From NCBI RefSeq assembly GCF_001447785.1, contig NW_015160305.1, forward strand, positions 111,258 to 175,257: DNA of 64,000 nucleotides. The letters run 5' to 3'. The translations under genes and the position numbers were made by a program. Shown here in pieces: positions 1 to 11,798 of this stretch. Position 1 is the first letter of the stretch. Every line of letters begins with the position of its first letter. The notes below the pieces were generated by a model. It had not been told where the DNA came from. It ran no database searches and was given only the letters and a program-made list of their open reading frames with translations. The DNA is from Gekko japonicus (Eukaryota).

Positions 1-945
1 GGGGGGCCGGGAGGGTGGGAGGGGGGCAAGTCATTTCGCCGGGCCAGGACTGTGTGGGGGGGGCAACGCGAGTGCCCGAAGGCCGGAGCCGCCACTCGAC
101 GGTCCTGGAGTGTGTGAGGGGCAGTGAGGCGATCGCCTAAAGGCCGGTCGCCAGGCTGGGATTGCGGGTGGGGGGCAAGGCAGGGGAGCGGAGGCTGCCG
201 CCGTCACCCATGTCTGAGTGGGCGCTGGGGAAGGCAGCTCACCGAATCAGTAGTGCCCTCGTAATCCTCTTCATCGAGCAAAATGAAAATGGCGTCCAGT
301 GAAGTACACAGTCGCAGCAGTTGTGGGGTGGGCGGGATCCGGGCTTTGCCTTCTGATTGGTGGCGATATATGCTGAGGAGCAGTGCCATCAGCCATACAC
401 TAAGGGAGTGCATTTTAGAATTAGAACTTTGGCACCCACTACTCAAATATAATAAGGGAGAGATACCACCTGGAAGTTGGCAACCCTGTATTATCAGCAA
501 TGACAGTGCCAGCTCACCAGTCGCTTTCTGCAGCACTACCAGTTTGGGGAGAGAAGACAATGGGTGAGCTTTTTTCCATTGTGGCCTCACTGAGCTGAGA
601 AACCCTGAACTGATGGGGAGCATCTCATGGGGGCCACCCAACGGGCCTTGCTCCAGGGCCATTCTCCACGCCCAGTCCAATCCTGCTCCCAGTGAAGTGG
701 GCACTGGTGGACAGCTTGAGATCATGACCGAGTTTGAGAGCTGAGGTAGGTAAATTCCAGCCTGTGAAATTCCTGGAGATTTGGGGGTGCATGCCCAGGG
801 AGGGCAGGTTTTGGGGACCTCAACAGAGCATAATTCAATAGTCTACCCTCCTAAGCTGCTATTTCCTACAGGGGAACTGTTGCCTGAAGACTAGTGATAA
901 TTCCAGGAGACCCCCTAGGTCCCAGCTGGAGGCTGGCAACCCAGT

Positions 946-1621
946 GGTTTCGTTCAGACGCGGCGTTTCAGCTGGCATAAACTGTACCGGTTGGAACCGG
1001 TGCAGTTTATGCCAGCTGAAACACGATCACACTTACCTCCCTCACAGCAGAGCCCATCGTTGTATGCCCGCTCACACACTATGGGCGTAGGCGTTTTTTT
1101 TTTTTATAAACCTCAATTTGAGCATGCGCATAGGCAGCCATCCACAGAATGGCGATCTTTGCGCATGCTCAAAACACCCCGTATTACATTTAAACTTTAA
1201 AGGCGAGGACTTACCTTTAAAGTTTAAAGCCCAAACTGGCCTCCCTGCAGTCCCAGACTCCTCCGAAACAGTAAACTAAGGGCCTTTTTTTTTTTTAACA
1301 AACGTTCAGGGTGACCCTTTGCCCAAGCACATATCGCATACATTTTTTAAAAAATGGTGGGGGGAAATCGGAAGCCTCAGGCTTCCGAACGGAAGTGCCT
1401 GTACAATGTTGGAGAGCGTTCAGACGGGGGGGGGGGAACAGCGATTACAACCGTTGAACTCAGGATACCACCACTTGGGGACCTAGTGGCAGAGTACAAC
1501 GGTGTAAAGCTGTTTACAACGGTTAGGGAGGGAAGGCAGATGTTCGCCGTCTGAACGCCGGTAAGTACAACGGTTGCTACCAGCACAGATTCCGTTGTAA
1601 ATGCCGCGTCTGAACGCACCC
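946..1621. mobile_element. Non-autonomous TIR DNA transposon (MITE), Harbinger-like
   Basis: Imperfect ~23-bp TIRs (GGTTTCGTTCAGACGCGGCGTTT / AAATGCCGCGTCTGAACGCACCC) flanked by 3-bp AGT direct repeats at 943-945 and 1622-1624. Confidence 0.7.
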
Positions 1622-2124
1622 AGTCTGTGCTGAATCCAGAACCCAAGCTTGTAGATCTGCCTGGTGGACAGTCACAAACACACCCTTCTTTCACAGCGTC
1701 TGCTTGTCAAGCAAGCAGAGTGACCAGAAAACAAAAGCTAAACTGCTTGCCTTCATGTTTGCTTCCTTGTAAACCAGCTATTTGAGCAGCCAGAGCAGGG
1801 ATACATTCATGCAAACTGTCCTATATTGTGGACCATTTCCCTTTTTCTTCTTCCGTTTTATCGTTTCACATCGCACCTCTTGCAGTTTCCACAACCGGGT
1901 CTCAGCTGTCCCATTGTGGAAACAGCAGGAGTTGCTACGTAAAACTATAACACGGAAGAAAAAAGAAAAGAAAAAATGCACGACAAAACAGGACTGTTTG
2001 CATTAATGTACCTATTGGGAAGAATGTTTGTAAACAGAAACTTTTGTTGATGGTGAAAAGGTGAATCAGTTACACTAAGCTTTGATAACACAAAGATATA
2101 GTTACTAGATGTCCACAACTTAGT

Positions 2125-2550
2125 CCAGCCTTCGCACCGTAGAGCGTTTACATTAGCCCGTCTAAATGTTTTCCCTTCAAAAATGCTCTCAGGTCGGTTT
2201 AATAAAATCCCCCTACATGAAAGGTTATGTTCTCGTCCTTTAAAATCTGCGGATTCAATATATCACATTATTTTTGACTGTCAATTTCACTCAGCCATAC
2301 GCAAAGAATTGGTGTCATCTTTATTTCCTCCTAATTTTAGTTCTAATAGGGAAAAAGCTATTCAGTATCTACTAAAGGAGACTAATCCTAATATTACAAC
2401 TTTAGTGGCCACGTTTCTTGCCGAAGCAGGCAAAGTTAGATCTATTCTTGTAAAGGAATGATTCGTATTGTTTATTATGTTCCTAAATATACTGTTATTG
2501 TATATCTATGTATCTTATTGCTATGCCATTAAAGGTATTTTACTTTGACT
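2125..2550 (+). mobile_element. 3' fragment of a non-LTR retrotransposon (RTE-X-like, same type as 52642-54063)
   Basis: ORF 2183-2461 'GRFNKIPLHERLC...YHIIFDC...R' is a degenerate C-terminal CCHC region, followed by an ATTAAA signal and a short repeat tail. Confidence 0.6.
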
Positions 2551-2784
2551 TTAGTTACTATATCACAGTTGTATTTTGCTATATCACAGTTTGTATTTTA
2601 CTATATCACAGTTGTATTTTACCGCCTGGAGATTGGCACTGAAATTGAAGATCCTTCTGTTGTGGTGGCAGCTGCTGCCAAAGCAACCTTTTAAAAAATC
2701 TGTGCAACCAATCAAATCTCCAATGGCCAAAGAGAAGTCTTGCTGGGCAAAAGCCCACCTGACTTCACCCATTTTCTAAAAGAG

Positions 2785-3085
2785 GAGAAGAAGGAGGAGG
2801 AGGAGGAGGAGGAGGAGGAGGAGATTAGCTTTATACCCCACCCTTCATTACCAAAAGGAGTCTCAGAGCAGCTTACAATCTCCTTCCCCTTCCCCTCCCC
2901 ACAACAGACACCCTGTGAGGGAGGTGGGGCTGAGAGAGCTCTGACAGAAACAGCTCTTTTTCAAGAACAGCTGTGCCAGAACTATGGCTTGCCCAAGGTC
3001 ATCCAACAGGTGCAAGTGGAAGAATCAAACTCGGTTCTCCCAGATTAGAGTCCACACACTTAACCACTACACCAAACTGGCTCTC
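2785..3085 (-). mobile_element. tRNA-head gecko-type SINE with (TCC)n tail
   Basis: Reverse complement of GAGAGCCAGTTTGGTGTAGTGGTTAAG...CTAATCTGGGAGAACC; other copies at ~14152-14625, 18438-18825, 27013-27280, 34195-34310, 44807-45075 and 46677-46953. Confidence 0.75.
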
Positions 3086-3450
3086 ACACAAACTGGCAGG
3101 TGTTGGCAGGTGCTGTGACACCCAGGGATACCGCACTGGGGACCCCAGTACACCATAAAGTCTAGGATAAATAGAAGGCCTAGAGTGGTTGCAGACTGTG
3201 CATGCTCTAGGACGTCTGTTCGGGCCTTCTAGGACTTATTGGAGAAGGCCTTTAATTTTGGGCTAAGAACTAAGAGGCTCTTGTCTGCTTATGGCTCTGG
3301 CTGGCTTCTTTGGGGTACTGTGGTTTTAGGAATTCCATGTGACGTGACATAGATTGGAGGGAGTTAACCATGTGAACTGTTTTAGGCACCCTTTGGGCAG
3401 GAAAATGGTTAATAAACTAAACTAAATAATAAAAGCACAGCTGAATATGC

Positions 3451-3637
3451 AGTTTTCACTTTCGGAGCTGCAAACCAGGGGGATTCTGGTGTTTTCCAGA
3501 GCATCATTGCTACCCGAAAAAGTCTCCAAACAGCTGGATTGTTAGTGTGCAATCCCTGCCCCTTTCTTCCTGGAAGGGCCGACCAATAGAAGGGAGTGGA
3601 GCTGAAACTCTGAACAAACAAAGTTCCTTTCGCTTTT
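3451..3637 (+). promoter_or_regulatory. Interferon-responsive promoter of IRG gene 1 (ISRE/IRF-E, GAS, CCAAT)
   Basis: AGTTTTCACTTTC 3451-3463, GAS TTCCTGGAA 3567-3575, CCAAT 3583-3587, TTTCGCTTTT 3628-3637; conserved in the paralogous block at 17802-17934. Confidence 0.65.
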
Positions 3638-3729
3638 GCTGCCTGGCTGACATTAGCTGTTCTTTATCAGAAAAGGCAGCAAAGCCAGAGAGGCTTTTTA
3701 AAGGGAGGAAAGAGAGGCCTCCCCCTTCA

Positions 3730-3801
3730 GAACCAAGCCTCTTTTCACCCTGTGGATTCACAGCCTCTGCCGATTCTTCCAACCCTCCAAGATCAGGAAC
3801 G
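3730..3801 (+). other. Predicted 5' non-coding exon 1 of IRG gene 1 (start approximate)
   Basis: Donor CAGGAACG|GTAAGC at 3801/3802, identical in unit 2 (18100/18101), downstream of the IFN elements. Confidence 0.55.
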
Positions 3802-4542
3802 GTAAGCCAGGCTCTCTTTGCTATTCATCCTCCTCTCGGTCTCTCCTGTATTCCAGCAACTCTGCTTTAGTGGTCAGAACTGACATTGTTTCAAATAGAC
3901 CCTGGTGGTCAGCCGTTTTGGTCAAAAAAGCAACAGACCAAAGTTTGAGTCCAGTGGCACCTTTACGACCAACAAAGTTTTTTCAAGGTGTGAGATTTCG
4001 TGTGTATGCACACACCCTCACATAGATAGAAATGGAAATGTAGACAGAGGCTGAACAGCAAATGAGCATGATGAGGATGTTTTAAGACATAAACTTAGCT
4101 TGTTATTCTGGTTTTGTCCCCACATATCTTAAATTCTGAACGGTTATCTTCCATGTCGATGTATCTGAGGAAGTGTGCGTGCACACACAAAAAAACTCGA
4201 AACTTTGCTGGTCTTAAAAGTGCCACTGCACTCCAACTTTGTTCTATCATTTCAACTACTATGTTTTCTTTTCTTTTTTTTTTAATGTGGAAGGAAAGCA
4301 GGTTCCACCAAGGGCTGTGAGGACAGAGAAACCAGCAATGTCCCTGCCTTTTCTTCCTTTGAAATTATAAATCCAACTGCAGTTCAGCCTTGCAGGAAGG
4401 TTCACAGCTGGTCTGTCTGCTGTATCCAAAATTCCGTTTCAACAAAGCAGTGTCATTTAGGAGTGTTACTTACCGATAACAGTTATTAACTATCAACATG
4501 GGTCAAACAGGTTCCGTTTTAAAATTCAAAGGGCTTTGTGCC

Positions 4543-4625
4543 TTTGGTATGCACAGCTAGAAGTGCAGGTACATCTGCATGTTTTTTGGTATGCACAGCT
4601 AGAAGTGCAGGTACATCTGCATGTT
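4543..4625 (+). repeat. Two-copy tandem duplication of ~43 bp
   Basis: TTTGGTATGCACAGCTAGAAGTGCAGGTACATCTGCATGTTT occurs twice; single copy in unit 2. Confidence 0.8.
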
Positions 4626-5604
4626 TTTTAATGTTTTCCATGGTGTTCGTAACAGGAACAAGCAGGCAAAGCCTTTGCCTTCCCTTCATCTAGATCTGGC
4701 GTCCCCACTGTGGTGCTTGTGGATGCCACGTCACCTACCAATATCTTTCTTGGTGACTGGTGTTTTTAGAAAGTGGGTGGGGCCAGGTGGGACTTTTGCC
4801 TAGTGGAGCTTCTGATTGGCCATTGGAGGTTCAATGGGTTGTGAAGATTTTTTTTATTTTAAAAAACATTGTTTTGGCAGCAGCTGCCACCACGGCACAA
4901 TAATCTTCACTGGGTGACTGAAGGTAAGCCACGGCAGCCATTTTGTGACTGACTCTGCCTCCTGAGGCAGCTATTTCCTGGCAGCCATTTTGTGGCTGCA
5001 CTCGTCATACTGTGTCAGAATTCTGAAGGTGCCCAGAGTCTCAAAAAGGTTGGGGACTCCTGATCTGGACACTGGGTAAAAAAAAATAACATCCAGAATT
5101 TTTGCTTATCATGAAGAGAATATATCTTTGTTTTAGCACTTCCTCATCGCCCTACCATCTCCTTATTGTTGTTAAGCATATTTCAACCAATGCCCCCATT
5201 CTTGCACCATCCCAAAAGCATTCCCTTTCTTTGAGAGGGGAAATACTTGACGGATGTCCCCTTAGTTGTCGAAAAGTGCCAGAGCCCCACCAGAAAGAAA
5301 CTCGACAACTGTAAGAGGAGCTTCTCATCGTAGAACTTGGAAGTTGGTAAATGAAAGAATGAACATTTGAATGTCAGCAACCATCTGATGACTTAACACT
5401 GTATGTGTCTATGAAAAAAATAAATGTAATGTCTGAGGCTGCTGAATACAGATTCTGAATATTGTCCATCTAGCTCATTATTGTATTCTCCTGCCAGCGG
5501 CTGCTTTCCAGGGTCTCCACCAAAGAAAGATCTTTCCCAATGCCCCCTGCCTCTTCCTCTTGTCATGCGTTCCCCTTCAGTGGGGGTGTAACAGTCAGGA
5601 CTAA

Positions 5605-6552
5605 GGCTGTGGTGTCACATGCAGTTTCTGCTGATATCTTTGTGGTACCTTTGCGGATTTAAAGAGTATGATCAGACAGCAACATCTGCCTCCCATGCTC
5701 CAGTCGTTGCCACCCCATTCTGCCCCCCTTTGGAATAGGAGCAATGAGGCACTGGGGAAATTCTGGTGTTCACGGATATCAGCACTTTCACCCCACATTT
5801 CTGGATATCTGACCTACCCTGGTGCAAGCCCAACCCAGTTGGGAAGTCTGATCACTCTGTTCTGTTTTCACTTCTTGGTTTTTTTTAGTCAGTTAGCGAT
5901 ATGCACATAACTGCGTCTTCGTGCACACCACAAAGCTTTCAGTCCTTCTGACAGAGGTAGCATAATTACCAGCACTTCATACTCTTCATTATTGGTCATT
6001 AAATGTTCAAAAATGTTAAATTAGTTTTTACTGTTACATAATAGACTTTTGAGGCTACTTGATCCTTATATCTTGTTGTTGCTTGTTTAATGCTTTTGAT
6101 GTTAATTTTTGTTAATGATTATTTTAAAATGAATAAAAAAATTTTTTAAATGGGGGGGGGGTTGGAGGAAAGGCAAGCTGAGACGGTTTGTTGTTTTTCA
6201 AACTGGTTCCTCTGCCTATTACTTTGCAGCACAAAGGGTGGCAAAGGGGTTAGTAGAAAAGATGAGGGTTTTTTTTTCCCAGAGGGGGAGGCAGCCTCCT
6301 CCAGCTGTCAAAATGGAGCAGTGCTTTGAAGTGGTTATGCACATATGCAAAAGACACATTTAAAAAAGAAGCCACCCAACTACTCACTCTGTGGTTGCCC
6401 CGCAGCAATAATCTGAGTGGTCGACCATGGGGCAAGTGCGCAGTGAGGCTGCTTTAGGGTGTGCTATCTACTCACCCCTTCCTACAATGGTTGAAACCAC
6501 CACAAATAGAGGCACAGCCGGATCGTGCAAAGCCTCCAGTGTGTCCGCAGCC
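5605..6552. mobile_element. Harbinger/PIF-type non-autonomous element in intron 1 of gene 1
   Basis: TAA duplication at 5602-5604 and 6553-6555, termini GGCTGTGG/CCGCAGCC; units 2 and 3 show the empty site (GTCAGGACAAAGAGCCTGG). Confidence 0.65.
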
Positions 6553-7710
6553 TAAGAACCTGGAAGAAGCCAAAACACAGTTACCCGAACATACTGTGTA
6601 GGACTGGTTAGCCAGAAGGGGAGATACTCTTAGATGAGGACATTCTCCAATATATTTATCTGGGCTCAAGACAGCATGTTTTTCTGGAATGTATTATGTT
6701 GGAATGGCAGCATATAATTTACAAGCATGACAAAGCATCCCCCCCCCATAGTTCTCTCCTTTTCATAGTTCTCCCCATTAACAAAAGCACCCCTCTTTCC
6801 GTTCTTCATCAGAGAGTCCAAGTGGTCTTGATTTCTGATTCTCAGCATGGCAACTTAGAGCAATTATGAGCCATAATATAAATGTGTTTCCCCCCCCCAC
6901 TTCATTAAAATAATTCAAAACACACATGAAACTCAGAAAGTATAACACCATCTACCAGGCCGAGAAGGTTATCAGATGCCAAATGGCCGGGAAGATGGAT
7001 GCCTTATCCACAACACTCTTCTTTCTTGTGCATGTCTATAGAGGACCAAAACCAGACGACAGCCGGGAGCCCCCCGCTCTGGCAGAAGATCGACTTGGCA
7101 ACCCTATGCCTGGGTACCCTTGCCTTTAGAAATGAAACAAGTGGTGACCAAAGACAGGGCCTTTTTGGGCAATGGCACCTTATCTTTGGACAGTTGTCCC
7201 CAGAGTGTCTGCATTTGTTAGTGTTCATGCGCATTGTGGGGAGGAACTTATTTTCCTCTTGTCTGAGGGTGAACTGAGTTTAGCCATTTGTTTTGCTCTT
7301 GTTTTTCAATCTTCTACAGTACACCAATAAATGACATTGATTTGTCTTTCCAATAGGCTGTCTTCTAGAAAGATTCTGGTAAGTTGCTTTGGAAAAGTAG
7401 GGTATAAATACTTTTTCTGAATACAAATGGTAAAGACGTAATGCATCTGATGAGGGCAAGAGTCCAGTAGCACCTTAAAAGCTAACAAAATATATGGCAA
7501 GGTATGAGCTTTCCTGAGTCACTGCTCATTTCTTCAGATATCAGGTCTGATAAGGGCTTGTTCGTTTTTCTACCACGGGAGCTTTAAGTAAATTGACCCT
7601 CCACCGCCCACAGTTGAATCCAGATTACCAGAGTAAAATGTGATGAGAGGAGTTAACAATCACAAGATTTGTGTTTATTTTTCAGGTCAACTGAATCATC
7701 AAGAAGAGCC

Positions 7711-8393
7711 ATGGGTGGGAAAAGTTCGACACCAGTGGTAAGCAATAAACCCGAAGAGAAGTCTGCCAGGGAAGAAGAAAATCTTTCAGATCTGACTGTG
7801 TCAAGAAAAGCCACACTTGACATTGCCGTCACAGGACTGACAGGTGCTGGTAAATCGTCCCTTGTCAACGCCTTGCGGGGTCTATCAGATTTTGATGAGG
7901 AGGCAGCCAAAACTGACGTGATAGAAGGAACAACAGAACCAATGGGTTACGCGCACCCCACCTTTCCAGATGTCACAGTATGGGACCTACCAGGAATTGG
8001 GACACCTAATTTTAAAGCCGAGGAATACCTGGAAAGAGTAAATTACAGCCAATATGATTTCTTCATAATCGTCGCTTCTAATTCCTTCACTGTCAATGAC
8101 ATCCAGCTGTCCCAGGCAATTCAGAAAATGAAGAAGCGGTTCTACTACGTGTGGTCCAAAATGGACATTGCCATTAGTAGCGAAAAACTGAACCCAGACT
8201 TCAATGAGGAAGCAACCCTTCAGAAAGTCAGGGAATATTGCCTTGATAATTTGGTGGAGGCTGGTATTTCTTCTCCGGAGATTTTCCTGGTCTCCAATTG
8301 GTACCCGGAAAAGTATGACTTCCCCCTCCTGCAGAGAACTTTAGAGAATGAAATCGAGGCTCTGAGGAAACGTATCTTAAGACCAGCTGACAA
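7711..8393 (+). CDS. IRG gene 1, coding exon A: myristoylation motif plus G domain only
   Basis: Acceptor TTTTCAG| at 7685, ATG 7711 in GCCATGG context, MGGKSS; G1 GLTGAGKSS, G3 WDLPG, G4 WSKMD; phase-2 donor AA|GTATGT at 8393 (unspliced ORF stops at 8424). Confidence 0.9.
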
Positions 8394-9374
8394 GTATGTT
8401 GGGTTTAATCAGTTGTTGATTTGATTTTCTTTCTGTATGAACAAAAAGTGTGCCCAAAAATGCAGACCTGGTTCAGGAGTGATGGAGGGGGGCAACTACA
8501 TGGATTAGAGTTACCTATTTTTGTACCTTTACTCCAATTTTAAAAAGCTGCACAATACTTTTAAATATTAGTACAAGTATATTATGACGATCAAATATAT
8601 CGTATATATTCAGTATATACGGTATAAATTCACTAAATGAATGCAAATCCCACTCCATATGGCAAAATAAATGTACTATGCACTTTTCTTTTCCTTCACC
8701 AGGGTATAAAGCTTTTGAGAGATGTGATTTCTGATTGGTGAAATGACCACAGGTGGAGAGAACAGTTTTGACTGTCTTTCCCAGTGTGTGGTGGGGCTTT
8801 TTTTGGCGGGGTCAGAAAAAACTAGAGTTCCAGTCGCAAAATTGCCTCTCTTTTCAATGCAGAAAATTAATCAAAAAAACAGCTTTTACTGTTTGATGCA
8901 TTCCAGCATTACGCAAGACATGTCAACAACCACAGGATCTCTGGAGATCTGCCATAAATAAAACCTGTTCTGTTTTGAAGGGCACCTGGTGGTTGCATTG
9001 GATTTTTCCCCTGATAAGATCCATGGTGGCTTTTCTGTTTTATCTTGTTTTTATGTATTGGCATGCATGCCCTGATGTTAGCCGCCCTGAGCCCGTTTGC
9101 GGGGAGGGAGGCCTAGAAATTGAATGAATAAATAAATAAATAAAATAAACAACTGATGGTTGCTGCTATAGCTAGATTTATTGCTGTTTGTTACTATTGA
9201 CATCAGTCCTGCTGTGCTAATCTTACTTCTTGCAGTTTCCTGTTCTTAGGTTGTTAAGGATGGCATTCTCTTTCAGGTTTTAAAATCTTTCTCTGTAAGT
9301 AGCCTAGAGCACTCACTTAATAGACAGGCGAGGGTAGGAACTTCCTAAATAAATGTTTCTTTTTTGTTTCTTAG

Positions 9375-10593
9375 AACAACCAAACCATCCAAAGGAAGCG
9401 GAATCCATTTCATCCTGCTCCAAAAAATCTTAAAAATTGACCTTGCAAAGCTGAGAGACGATCTGATGTATAGAAGTCTTGAAGAGGTGACTGAGGACAT
9501 ACGTCAAGAATTGGATGAATTACAAAATGTCAAGCTTGACATTGCCATCACAGGAGTGTCGGGTGCTGGTAAATCATCCCTTGTCAATGCCCTGAGGGGC
9601 ATGGCCGATTATGAAGAAGGTGCAGCTAAAGTTGGAATAATTCAAACAACTATGGAGTGTCACGCCTATCCACATCCCTTATTTCCGAATGTAACCATAT
9701 GGGATCTACCAGGAATTGGTACACCTGAATTTAGACCAAAGGAATACCTAGAGAAGGTCAATTTTAGCCAGTATGATTTCTTCATGATTGTCACCTCAGA
9801 ACGTTTCACTGAGAATGATGCCCTCCTGGCCCAGGAAATCACGAAAATGAAGAAGACATTTTACTTTGTGCGCTCCAAAATGGATGTCAGTATGGCTGCT
9901 GAAATTAGGGACCCAAATTTCAATAAGGACAAATCAATTCAGAAGATACGAAGATATTGCTATGATAACCTGACTAAGGCAGGAGAATCTAATCCAAGGG
10001 TTTTCCTTGTCTCCAGGCAAAATTTGAGTATGTATGATTTCCCAGATCTGCAAGAAACCTTGGAAAATAATCTGGATGATCTCAAGAGACATGCCTTAAT
10101 TCTGGCTATGCCCCTTTTCTCCAGAACAATCCTCAAAAAGAAAAAGGCTGCTATGGAGGCCCTTATATGGAAACTCGCTATTGTATCCTGTGCTATCGGG
10201 GCGCTTCCTGTCCCAGGACTTTCTTTGGTTTGTGATCTTGGCATCTTGGTAGGAGCATTGCTGCATTTCTATAAAGTCTTTGGCTTAGATGAAGCGTCCC
10301 TCCGCAGAGTTGCAAAAGTCTTTGGCAAAGATTACCAAGTTCTGAAATCTGCTATCAAAAAGTCTCCGATGTCCAGTGAGATTACACCCAAATTTGTAGC
10401 TGGCCTCTTGGCCCGGTCATTGCTCTGGGCAACTGTGAGTGTAATAGAACTGGTCTTGGATATTGTACCGGTATTGGGCTCTCTGTTTGGAGGAGTTAGT
10501 TCCTTCGTCACCACATTCTTCATGCTGAGGAGCTTCTTGAAGGACATCGTGGAAGATGCGGAGAACGTTCGGGCAAAAGCTACTGAGCCTTGA
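9375..10593 (+). CDS. IRG gene 1, coding exon B: complete p47/IRG GTPase (interferon-inducible GTPase 5-like)
   Basis: No ATG at ORF start; polypyrimidine acceptor TTTCTTAG| at 9374 in phase 2; GVSGAGKSS, WDLPGIG, RSKMD and C-terminal helical domain (PVPGLS); AATAAA at 11100-11105. Confidence 0.92.
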
Positions 10594-11656
10594 CCATCAC
10601 GATATCCCGTCACAAAGACCCAAGGCACCAATTGGGGAAGAGAGTCCCAGGTACAAACTGTGTGAAATCCTGTGCAGGACTAGAACTCGAGTATGAGTGA
10701 AAAAGGAAATTGGATTCGGATTTCAGATCAGAAGCTTATTTTTCTGTTAACCGACCCCCAACATAATTGAACTTTCCAGTATGAAATAACAAAAGAAATC
10801 TGTCTAGATGGTCCCAGTTTTGAAGCCTCCTTTCCCCATCCCTGCTTGTCCAAAGAGCTCTTCAGGGCCTCTGAAGAACCACAGGCACGGCACAATTCAA
10901 ATCAGAATTTTCTTTCATAAAAAATGCACACTAGCTAATAGTATGTTCTTGTGACCTACTTTGATTGCTTTGCACTGCAGCCCTTAGTCTGTGACAAGCC
11001 TTTTACCATAGATCATCTGCAGCCAGCATGGCCATGGGAAATTTAACAAATTTCGGTCTTTTATTCCTTTGATTTCTGTACCAGTTTTTGCATTACATGA
11101 ATAAATCTAACTTCTTATTCAAGTAAAGTGAGTGTTCTTCTGATTTCAAAGGAGGGGGTTCAACTTAGGGCCCTCTCATGCCCTACATTAACACCTAGAT
11201 TCTATCAGCCAAGAAGAGCTTTCAGGCCCTTTAGGGAAGGGGGTGGTTGAAGACTCAAATTTCACAGAGGGGCTTCTCACCTGGATCTCTCCCCAGTCAT
11301 CTATGCCAGTCAGGCTGTTCTGTAGCTCACTAGGGGGACTAGTAAACCGGAAAACAGGCTGACAGCGCTTAGGATGAAATGAAATACAATTTCTCCACTG
11401 TAATTAACAATGTTATTTTATAATAGCCAATAACACATCCACACTGTTACATATTCTGTCTTTCATATGCACACCCAAAATACAGGGGGAAAGTGGGTTC
11501 AAAAGTACAGGGAAAAAGTGGGTTGACGAAACTCCCCGGAGTTGATTTTCATTTCGTTCACAACTTCATCCAAACATACTGAAGCACCATGGTAGTCTCT
11601 CTTGAAAATCTACTGTTCATAGTGTCTTCGTATGATATTCCATGCCATGATTTCAA

Positions 11657-11798
11657 ATACTAGAATGTATCCTCATCCATTTTACTGGAGAATCTTATCC
11701 TGGGCATACAAACAGATCAATTTGCCCGGGCGTACAAACAGATCAATATGCCCCGGATAAGATTCTCCAGTAAAATGGATGAGGATACATTCTAGTAT
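11657..11798. repeat. Long inverted repeat (hairpin) with internal direct repeat
   Basis: 44-bp perfect arms 11657-11700 and 11755-11798 plus GGGCATA/TATGCCC; the loop carries TACAAACAGATCAAT twice. Confidence 0.9.

Noticed and set aside
204-725. 173-aa ORF, possibly a DIRS-like fragment
   Set aside because: No recognisable motif; cannot be supported without a database search
9960-10631. Antisense ORFs conserved in all three units (also 30564-31232 and 49698-50258)
   Set aside because: They are shadows of the conserved IRG coding strand with no independent motifs
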